Program-made: the position numbers and the translations under genes
Source of the DNA: Clostridia bacterium
GTDB taxonomy: Bacteria > Bacillota > Clostridia > Oscillospirales > CAG-382
DNA length: 64,000 nucleotides
Assembly: GCA_017397805.1 (NCBI GenBank)
Contig: JAFQHW010000041.1
Location: forward strand, 291 to 64,290
Direction: 5' to 3'
In this document: piece by piece, positions 57,049-64,000 of the stretch
How positions within the stretch are numbered: position 1 is the stretch's first letter
Layout of the letters: each line of letters begins with the position of its first letter
The notes under the pieces: model-generated
Seen by the model: only the letters and a program-made list of their open reading frames with translations
What the model was told of the DNA's origin: nothing
The model's database searches: none

Positions 57049-57078
57049 ATTATACCATACATATAGTGTATTCGTCAA
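57049..57078 (-). promoter_or_regulatory. Sigma-A promoter (extended -10) of the hydC-...-hydA operon
   Basis: Minus strand TTGACG (57078..57073), 18 nt, TGgTATAAT (..57049), ~55 nt upstream of hydC. Confidence 0.6.
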
Positions 57079-57144
57079 TATTCAAAAGCTACTAATTTCG
57101 ATTTTTTATAAGAATAAATAAGTATTTTTTACACATTTTAAGCG

Positions 57145-57861
57145 TCACTTGCCGTTTTTAAGATATTCGAACACGGAGGCGGCGCTTCTGTCTTTTGTTT
57201 TTATCACAGAGCACTTATGCGCTTCTGCAATTGTAAGTAAATCGTGAGCGTCAGAGCTCTTTACGAAGCTTAGAAAGGAGAATCTTTCCTTGTATCGGTC
57301 TTCGGGTGCGTTTGGCGTTATCTCTGCTCTGCTAAAGCCCATATCTTCATCGATATTACCCAAAACACCCAACACGCCGTTTGAATGGCGGTCAATATGA
57401 GCCAGCGTTGCAACACCGCCGTATTCTTCTGCCAAACCCGCCACGTCATAAAGTCCTATTTCCGTAGCAAGGATAAGCAGATCAGGCTCCTCCCCCACCA
57501 CGTTATCCATACTGTCCATAAAATACTGATTTCCGTAAATATCCGCTCTGTTTTTAATAGGCATACGCTTGGACGATACGTAACCGTCAAAAGCTTCTGC
57601 CTTTTCGATGGTGGGAAAAATCACGGTTACGTGTATTTCTTCCGCGGTAGTCAACTCCATACCCGGCAAAACTATAAGCCCGTTTTCTGCCCCTACAGCC
57701 ATGGTTGACCTGCAATTACCGCAAGTGTTGTGGTCGGTAAGCGCAATTACGTCCAGTCCGTTAAGAAGTGACATGTTTACGATATTATTGGGTGTCATAT
57801 CATCGTCACCGCAAGGCGACAAGCAAGAATGGATATGAAAATCACAATTTAGAAGTGCCAT
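57145..57861 (-). CDS. PHP-domain metal-dependent phosphoesterase
   Basis: 238 aa. N-terminal DFHIHSCLSPCG...ALTDHN PHP signature. Confidence 0.85.
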   Translation of the reverse strand: MALLNCDFHIHSCLSPCGDDDMTPNNIVNMSLLNGLDVIALTDHNTCGNCRSTMAVGAENGLIVLPGMELTTAEEIHVTVIFPTIEKAEAFDGYVSSKRMPIKNRADIYGNQYFMDSMDNVVGEEPDLLILATEIGLYDVAGLAEEYGGVATLAHIDRHSNGVLGVLGNIDEDMGFSRAEITPNAPEDRYKERFSFLSFVKSSDAHDLLTIAEAHKCSVIKTKDRSAASVFEYLKNGK

Positions 57862-57863
57862 AA

Positions 57864-58202
57864 TTATATTCCGCTTTTTAAAAGCTTATCTATCTTTACG
57901 GACAAGGTATAGCTGTCTTCCGAGCTGCCGTACAAAGCTATATCCTCAATCTGTGCCCTGCTCAGCAAATTTTCATCGGGTTTTACGCCTTCCACCAAAA
58001 CGATGCAAGCTACGTCGCGCAATACCGCCACTGCCGCCACGTTAACGTTATTCATAACGGTCATCCAAGCGCATCCGCTTTCAGCCTTGCCCATTACCCA
58101 GCTGAGAAGGTCGCCGCAATAACCGCATTCAACGTTTTTTTCCTCGCCTTTGTTAAATATTTCCAATCCCAAGGATGTTGCCAACGCCTCGTTACTTATC
58201 AT
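57864..58202 (-). CDS. DRTGG-domain protein
   Basis: 112 aa. Same fold signature as 59904..60260 (…GDLLSWVM…MTVMNNVNVAAVAV…IVLVEGVKP). Confidence 0.7.
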   Translation of the reverse strand: MISNEALATSLGLEIFNKGEEKNVECGYCGDLLSWVMGKAESGCAWMTVMNNVNVAAVAVLRDVACIVLVEGVKPDENLLSRAQIEDIALYGSSEDSYTLSVKIDKLLKSGI

Positions 58203-59460
58203 CCATTACCTCCGCATTTTTCTTATCGGTCACAGTCTTAAATACGCACTCCTCAATGGTAGCGTTGCCGCAAACGATATCTTCGGCCAAAGCTCGACAG
58301 GTAGGTGCACCGCAAGCACCGCAATCAAGACCGGGCAGCATAGATTCAATCGCCTTAAGGCGGCGCATTTTTCTCATTGCTTCCTCACGGTTCTCGTCCA
58401 GCCTGAATATGGTCTCAAACTGCAGATTTTGCTCCCAAAACATATTGGTGGCATCGCTTATTCCTCGGTTTAACATAAGCGGCAAATATCTTCTGAGGGC
58501 CGATATTCTGGACCTTGCCACAAAGGGATTTGCTACGTTCAGCACGCCGCCCACGCAACCGCCGGGACAAGCGCTAAGCTCTACAAACTCCGTATCGGGA
58601 AGCTTGCCGTCCTCTATTTCCTCAAGAACCTTTATTACGTTTTCCATGCCGTCGGCATATATATAATTATCCGTCAAAAGGCCTGCACACTCGCCGCCGC
58701 TTTGCGCCCAATTTATACCTACGATGCCTGAACGCATAAGCTGTTCGGGAACGTCAACCTTTTTTAATGCCGCCAACAGCCTTACGTAAACGTCGTTAAC
58801 GGAGAACACGCCGTCAATAAGAGATTTAGTTCCTCCTACGGGACTTTTGCAAGAGGTAACCTTTGCAGGGCAAGGTGAAATAAAAAATATACCGATTTTT
58901 TCAGGCGGCAATCTCGTTTCTCTTACAGCCTCATCTTTAGCCATTTGTGCCGCTATGTGTATAGGCTCGGTTATGGGAAGAACGCTGTTGCATAAATCGG
59001 GAAATCTAACCTTAATAAGTCTCAAAATAGCGGTGCAAGCAGAGCTGATTATAGGCCCGTCGGTACAAGCCCTAAGCTGATTAAGACTCTCGCGGGTGAG
59101 ATGTGACACCTTTTCTGCCGCGGTCGATACCTCAAACACGCTGTCAAAGCCGATGTTTTTAAGTGCAGTCAATATGTAATTTATATCATCAACCAAAAAC
59201 TGACCGTAAAGGGACGGAGGTGCCAAAACAACCTTGTACTCAAAATTGTTTATCATCTCAAAATCGTCACATATCGCCTTTTTTGCCCTATTATGGCATA
59301 TCCTTATACAAGCACCGCAGTCAATACAGCGCTCGGTTATGATCTTAGCCTTACCTTCTCTTACACGGATCGCCTCCGTGGGACAGTGTTTCATGCAATT
59401 GATACACCCCTTACACTTGTCCTTATCAAGGGTAACGGAATGAAATACTCTGTCCATCAA
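58192..59460 (-). CDS. [FeFe]-hydrogenase-like Fe-S protein, putative sensory/regulatory type (2x[4Fe-4S] + divergent H-domain + C-terminal 4-Cys Fe-S domain)
   Basis: 422 aa. CKGCINCMKHCP/CIDCGACIRIC; H-cluster-like motifs SSAC(142), SPC(197)PAK, SAC(298)PGGC(302)VGG; C-terminal LPGLDCGACGAPTCRALAEDIVC. Confidence 0.8.
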   Translation of the reverse strand: MMDRVFHSVTLDKDKCKGCINCMKHCPTEAIRVREGKAKIITERCIDCGACIRICHNRAKKAICDDFEMINNFEYKVVLAPPSLYGQFLVDDINYILTALKNIGFDSVFEVSTAAEKVSHLTRESLNQLRACTDGPIISSACTAILRLIKVRFPDLCNSVLPITEPIHIAAQMAKDEAVRETRLPPEKIGIFFISPCPAKVTSCKSPVGGTKSLIDGVFSVNDVYVRLLAALKKVDVPEQLMRSGIVGINWAQSGGECAGLLTDNYIYADGMENVIKVLEEIEDGKLPDTEFVELSACPGGCVGGVLNVANPFVARSRISALRRYLPLMLNRGISDATNMFWEQNLQFETIFRLDENREEAMRKMRRLKAIESMLPGLDCGACGAPTCRALAEDIVCGNATIEECVFKTVTDKKNAEVMDDK

Positions 59461-59481
59461 GATACTCTCCTTTCGGAAACA

Positions 59482-59907
59482 TTAGGAATTATAAACCTTC
59501 ATATAAACGGTCGTGCCTACTCCTAACTCTGTTTCGATTTTAAACTCGTCACAATACTTTTTCATATTGGGAAGGCCCATGCCTGCGCCAAAGCCTAACG
59601 CTCTTATTCTATCGGGTGCCGTGGAATAACCCTCAGACATGGCAAGCTCGATATCTTCGATACCGGGTCCCTTATCTGCGAGAACTATACTTACACAGTC
59701 ATCGGAAACTTCAACGGTTGCAATACCGCCGTTAGCGTGGATCACCATATTGATCTCGCCCTCGTACATGGCAATAGATACTTTTTTTATCAGATCACCG
59801 GAAAAACCCAACATTTTCAGATTTTTCTTAACGTCTGCGGAAGCGACACCTGCGGACATAAAGTCGCTACCGTCTACTTCATATACATACTTTAAAGTTT
59901 CGTTCAT
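59482..59907 (-). CDS. Anti-sigma-factor-like serine kinase / GHKL ATPase (RsbW/SpoIIAB-type HATPase_c)
   Basis: 141 aa. N box EGEINMVIHA, G1 DKGPGI, G2 GFGAGMGLP. Confidence 0.8.
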   Translation of the reverse strand: MNETLKYVYEVDGSDFMSAGVASADVKKNLKMLGFSGDLIKKVSIAMYEGEINMVIHANGGIATVEVSDDCVSIVLADKGPGIEDIELAMSEGYSTAPDRIRALGFGAGMGLPNMKKYCDEFKIETELGVGTTVYMKVYNS

Positions 59908-60260
59908 ACCGTATCATTTCCTTCGTTCTTCAAGCCCGAAGCATACAAGAGTCCGCAACTTGTATACATTCTGTAAGAGGAACGCATAAGAACTATACCC
60001 GCTTCCTCAGCTAAAGAAATTATTTGTTCACTGGGATTTTTGCCTCTTACGAAAACAATGCACTTCATATCCATCATCTCTGCGGTTCTTACTACCTGAG
60101 GATTCACAAGACCCGTAAGTAATACCGCGTGATCCTTTACGTAAGCCAAAACATCACTCATCATATCGGAGCCGCAAGCGGATTTCACTTCCGTTTCCGC
60201 AAGATCGGATCTGCAAAGAATCTCGGCACTCAAAACAGATGCAACATCTTTAATTCTCAT
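59904..60260 (-). CDS. DRTGG-domain protein
   Basis: The ORF begins at a TTG (60278); trimmed to the ATG at 60260 (GGGAGA upstream). …GSDMMSDVLAYVKDHAVLLTGLVNPQVVRTAEMMDMKCIVFVRGK…. Confidence 0.7.
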   Translation of the reverse strand: MRIKDVASVLSAEILCRSDLAETEVKSACGSDMMSDVLAYVKDHAVLLTGLVNPQVVRTAEMMDMKCIVFVRGKNPSEQIISLAEEAGIVLMRSSYRMYTSCGLLYASGLKNEGNDTV

Positions 60261-60302
60261 AACAACTAACTCTCCCAATTACACATATAGAATTCATATT
60301 AA

Positions 60303-60331
60303 AATTATAATATATTTTATGAAATTTGTAA
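60303..60331 (-). promoter_or_regulatory. Sigma-A promoter of the DRTGG-kinase-hydrogenase-like-DRTGG-PHP unit
   Basis: Minus strand TTTACA (60331..60326), 17 nt, TATAAT (60308..60303). Confidence 0.6.
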
Positions 60332-60362
60332 ACACCAAAAATACATATTACAACAATTTCCG

Positions 60363-61388
60363 CTAAAGCATAACCTTTCCTGCCAATATATTTTTGTAAT
60401 CCTCAAGATTTTCTCTCAAAAGCTTGGGAGTGTCTAAATTATAAGGGCATTTTTCCGCGCACTGACGGCAATTTATACAATTTTCAATATTCAGCATCAT
60501 GGCGCGGCTTTCCTCGGTTAACCACTGAGCGGACGGACTGCGGCGGATAAGCTGTGACATTCTTGCACAGTTATTTATTTGAATATCCTTGGGGCAAGGC
60601 ATACAATAACCGCAAGCGCGGCAAAAGCTACCGATAAGCTGTTTCCTGTCCCGTTCTATAAGCTCTGTTATTTCATCCGTCGTCGTAGGGACGTCGTCCA
60701 TGAATGACAAGATCTGCCTTAGTTCGCACTCTTTTTGAATTCCCCAGATCGGAAGCACGTTATCAAACTGCAAAAGCCAAGCGCAAGCGGCAACGGCATT
60801 TGTCAAAAGTCCACCCGAAAGAGCCTTCATGGCTATAAATCCCACGTTATGCGCCTTGCAAAGACCTACTATTTCCAAGTCCTTTTCGGTGGCAAGGTAA
60901 CAAAACGGAAATTGCAAGGTGGCGTAAAGTCCCGATTTCACCGCCTCGATTGCTACGTTAGGGCGATGGTTGGTTATGCTTATATGTCGGATTTTCCCCA
61001 CCGACTTGGCTTTAAGCGCGGCCTCGTACAACCCGCTTGAGTCATCGGGCTTCGGACAAAACGGCGGGTTATGAAACTGATATATATCAATATAATCGGT
61101 TTTTAAATTTCTAAGGCTTGTTTCCAAGTCCTTGTTGAAAGATTCAACGGTCAGTGCTTGAGTTTTGGTAGCTATATACACCTTATCACGCATTCCTTCA
61201 AAGGCTTTGCCTACTTTTATCTCACTGTCCGTATAGGAGCGAGCGGTGTCAAAGAAGCGCATACCGCCGTCATAAGCCGTTCTGAGAAGCTTTATCGCCT
61301 CGTCTTCACTTATTCTTTGTATCGGCAATGCACCAAAAGCATTTTGCGGAACGCATATACCCGTGGTACCCAAACTTACTTTATTCAC
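60363..61388 (-). CDS. Aldo/keto reductase with a C-terminal Cys-rich (4Fe-4S-type) domain
   Basis: 341 aa. GTG start (GGAGG 10 nt upstream). AKR N-terminal region (LGTTGICVPQNAFGALPIQR, FDTARSYTDSE) and C-terminal CRACGYCMPCP...CINCRQCAEKCP. Confidence 0.85.
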   Translation of the reverse strand: MNKVSLGTTGICVPQNAFGALPIQRISEDEAIKLLRTAYDGGMRFFDTARSYTDSEIKVGKAFEGMRDKVYIATKTQALTVESFNKDLETSLRNLKTDYIDIYQFHNPPFCPKPDDSSGLYEAALKAKSVGKIRHISITNHRPNVAIEAVKSGLYATLQFPFCYLATEKDLEIVGLCKAHNVGFIAMKALSGGLLTNAVAACAWLLQFDNVLPIWGIQKECELRQILSFMDDVPTTTDEITELIERDRKQLIGSFCRACGYCMPCPKDIQINNCARMSQLIRRSPSAQWLTEESRAMMLNIENCINCRQCAEKCPYNLDTPKLLRENLEDYKNILAGKVML

Positions 61389-61428
61389 GTTAAAACTACC
61401 TCCTTGCTTTCAATCAACGCTTCCAAGA

Positions 61429-63849
61429 TCACCAACCCCAGCCTGCATATTCTCCGCCTACGCAATCGGCAAAGTAAACTTGTTCAAACTTGCCGTCTAT
61501 GACTTCAAAACCGTAAGTTCCCAAAGAAGCATAATAGATATCTTCGTCGCTTGCGTATTTTTTCAGGCTGTCAAGAATTGCTTTCCTTGAAGAGTTTATT
61601 ATACACCCGGTAGGGGATTGCGGCATAAGCACCATAGGCGCTTGAGTTAAATCGTACATCTCGTAAATATAGTTAAGGCAATGGTGAGCGCACTGTATGA
61701 CGTCAGATTTTAGCGTATCTGCAGAGTTATATTCCATCAGCACCCTTGCCGCTCCGCGGTTTATATCTCCCGTCAGCATAAACTTTTGCCCGTCTATGAG
61801 GAAATACGATACGAGAGAACCGTTGTTATAGTCCTCGGACACTTCCGTTTCCGCAGTTTTGGGGTCCACTATATCTTCGTGAGTAAATATTACGTTTATG
61901 CTTACGTCCGCTATATCATAGCACTGACCCGTATGTAGCTTCGCAAACTTCACTCCGTCGTCACCGTAACAATCTTCTATATAGCCTTTAAACTTATTAT
62001 AGTTGCCCGCGGCATCGGCTTGAGTGGTATCATTTGAATACACGGACGGGAAATTAAACATAAGCCTTTCAAGCTTTATCTGCTGATTGTATTTCTCGGA
62101 AAACCTGCAAAAACCTGCCATGTGGTCTGCGTGCCCGTGTGTGATATACCAAGCGGCTATTCTAACTTCTTCACCCTCAGACGTCCCCGTTATTTCTCGG
62201 AGAAAGCTCATAATAAAATCGCACTGGTCGTCATCAAACTGTTGAGTGCCGCCGCCATCAATGATCAGCACCGAATTATCCGCAAGCTTTATGGCGTACA
62301 TCATTCCGCAGTTTATCTTTTTCTCTGCGCTGTTGCTGATGTCTTCCCCGCGGGAATTCATCGGCAGACCTATTTGATACAAAACGGTTTTGTCGTCTTC
62401 GGCTTTTTCGTAAACGTATCCGAATTCGTTTACCGTTGTATCGCTGTTCTTATCGTCGATTATCCTCGCTTCGGAGTTCTCATAGGTGTAATAAGCATAG
62501 ACCAAGCTGTTATCGCGTGAAAGCTGATAATACAAATTGCCGTCACGTCTTAATTCATACGCTTCATCGTAGCCGTAATCTTCTGTAAGCTTTTTGATAT
62601 ATGCTTCAAACTCATCCCTATTGGTATCTCTTACAATCATCATAAGCGACTCGTTTTCGTAAGAAAAACCGCTTTCCAAGCCTTGACCGCATTCATACGC
62701 TTTGCTTGAGCACATACCGCCGTCATAAGCGGGAACGCTATCCAAAAACCAAGTTTCGCTGGCTATATTGCTTTCGATAACACCGCAGAGCTTGCAACAT
62801 TTATCCCCTGCCACCTCCTCATACTCGTGAGGAGTGGACTTTGTTACTTCACCGCAATAAATGCAATATTGATCCTCTAAGCAATTTTCACCGCTACCTT
62901 TGAGCGAATGCCCGGTACAACCGAAACTTTGCGTATCCACAAGCATTGCCGTCTTATTCTCAGGCTCATCCGCGGTACCGCGCCAAACAACAATATTATC
63001 AACGTAGGCGTTCTGCTTGCCGCCTGTTTTCAGCACTAACGCACCACCGCCGACTTCGGGCTTAAACATTGCCTTAGCATCGTCATTGGATAGCTTGGAT
63101 ACCAAGGTCCAAACGCCGCTACTCTCGTATCCTTCGGTATTTACCCTTAAATATACGGAGTTTCCTTGTGACCAGTCCACAACGTATCTGACAGAAATAC
63201 TGATGCCGTTAAGTGCTTGGATATCTTCTTTATAATCAACACCGATCAATTTTTTTAATATTGAGCCTTCATCCTTGCTCTCAGGAGCAGAATCGTAGGT
63301 GCACCACGTACCGTTGTCAAAACATTGGTTGTTTGCGGTGCCGCCGTTTCTTAAATGGAAGGTGTTATAATAACCGTTGCCGTAATCGCTTACCATTGCA
63401 ACGTATCTTTCTGCGTTGGCGGCAGATTCATAGACAACGTCATACTGATAGGTATAATTCTCTTCATGATATTTTCCCATCAAGGCGGAAGAAAGCACCG
63501 TAACGTAAGAGTCACCGCAACCGCTTTCGTTGTTAACTATATACAAACAGCGGTTTCCGTTATAGTCGGTTATTTTGTAGGAGCTTGTATTGTTTGAAGG
63601 CGCACCGGTAAGCAAGCTTTCCTCGTGCCAACCCAAAGCATCAAAAACGGTCTTGTTGGATTTATGAAGATTTCTGCCGTCGAAATTTTCATAATAAATC
63701 AAATCCGTATCCAACACCGTACCGTCGTCGCTTGTATTATCGTTAGAAGTTACCGATGTATCGGTTTTTTTCTCGTCCGAACAGCTTACAAAAGCGCAAA
63801 GACACATGGATAAAGCGATAATAAAACAAAAAAGACTTCTCATTTTCAT
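61429..63849 (-). CDS. Large lipoprotein: N-terminal beta-sandwich-like region, Cys-rich segment, C-terminal MBL-fold (metallo-beta-lactamase superfamily) domain
   Basis: The ORF begins at a TTG (63864); trimmed to the ATG at 63849. Lipobox LCAFVSC, and MBL motif ITHGHADHMAG in the C-terminal third. Confidence 0.7.
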   Translation of the reverse strand: MKMRSLFCFIIALSMCLCAFVSCSDEKKTDTSVTSNDNTSDDGTVLDTDLIYYENFDGRNLHKSNKTVFDALGWHEESLLTGAPSNNTSSYKITDYNGNRCLYIVNNESGCGDSYVTVLSSALMGKYHEENYTYQYDVVYESAANAERYVAMVSDYGNGYYNTFHLRNGGTANNQCFDNGTWCTYDSAPESKDEGSILKKLIGVDYKEDIQALNGISISVRYVVDWSQGNSVYLRVNTEGYESSGVWTLVSKLSNDDAKAMFKPEVGGGALVLKTGGKQNAYVDNIVVWRGTADEPENKTAMLVDTQSFGCTGHSLKGSGENCLEDQYCIYCGEVTKSTPHEYEEVAGDKCCKLCGVIESNIASETWFLDSVPAYDGGMCSSKAYECGQGLESGFSYENESLMMIVRDTNRDEFEAYIKKLTEDYGYDEAYELRRDGNLYYQLSRDNSLVYAYYTYENSEARIIDDKNSDTTVNEFGYVYEKAEDDKTVLYQIGLPMNSRGEDISNSAEKKINCGMMYAIKLADNSVLIIDGGGTQQFDDDQCDFIMSFLREITGTSEGEEVRIAAWYITHGHADHMAGFCRFSEKYNQQIKLERLMFNFPSVYSNDTTQADAAGNYNKFKGYIEDCYGDDGVKFAKLHTGQCYDIADVSINVIFTHEDIVDPKTAETEVSEDYNNGSLVSYFLIDGQKFMLTGDINRGAARVLMEYNSADTLKSDVIQCAHHCLNYIYEMYDLTQAPMVLMPQSPTGCIINSSRKAILDSLKKYASDEDIYYASLGTYGFEVIDGKFEQVYFADCVGGEYAGWGW

Positions 63850-63951
63850 AGTTACGGCCCCCAAAACACTTGTTGTTATAAATTATACATTATGTTGTTC
63901 TATTTTGCAATAGTTTTTGTAAAATATATACAAGCGGCATCTAAAAGTATA

Positions 63952-63982
63952 GGGCTGTGACGAAATTCATTCGTCACAGCCC
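63952..63982 (-). terminator. Hairpin, probable terminator of a minus-strand gene lying beyond the window end
   Basis: Perfect 13-bp stem GGGCTGTGACGAA/TTCGTCACAGCCC with a 5-nt loop. Confidence 0.55.
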
Positions 63983-64000
63983 TCAAGCTGATGACAAACC

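Overview
Gene-dense 64-kb chromosomal window from an anaerobic Firmicute. The class is Clostridia. The proteins look Oscillospiraceae/Ruminococcaceae-like, which cannot be proven without a database search. I saw no rRNA, tRNA, CRISPR array, transposase, integrase or prophage genes.

Layout, on the minus strand unless noted:
- An alpha/beta SASP.
- A CorA-family transporter (GIN motif) behind a consensus promoter and a ~165-nt structured leader.
- A CIRCE-controlled promoter driving a THUMP RNA methyltransferase followed by groES-groEL.
- A ~19-kb nucleotide-biosynthesis supercluster: pyrC-carB-pyrK-pyrD-pyrF-pyrE-pyrB, then a promoter and ZTP riboswitch, then purE-purF-purM-purN-purO-purH-purD-purL.
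- A tightly coupled 12.6-kb seven-gene surface glycan-uptake-like operon. It has a 1150-aa solute-binding protein with two CBM-like modules, two permease pairs, an NHL-propeller/TPR/Yip1 membrane protein and a 956-aa secreted protein of unknown function. It has no ATPase and no regulator.
- A VanY-like peptidase.
- Pyruvate:ferredoxin oxidoreductase.
- A plus-strand island: yifB/comM, five uncharacterised envelope proteins and an OmpR/HK pair.
- pfkA.
- A HydABC-type [FeFe] hydrogenase operon preceded by a putative H2-sensing/regulatory module: a hydrogenase-like Fe-S protein, two DRTGG proteins, two GHKL ATPases and a PHP phosphoesterase.
- An Fe-S aldo/keto reductase.
- A large MBL-fold lipoprotein.

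Most interesting observations:
- The uncharacterised NHL/Yip1 + secreted-protein + double-permease locus.
- The hydrogenase-linked sensory module.
- PyrB fused to only the zinc domain of PyrI.
- A PurF whose glutaminase nucleophile (Cys1) and oxyanion Asn are replaced, alongside a carB with no adjacent carA.
- The unclassified corA leader.
- CIRCE placed upstream of a methyltransferase rather than directly at groES.

All functional calls come from reading the translated ORFs and motifs by eye. No searches were run.
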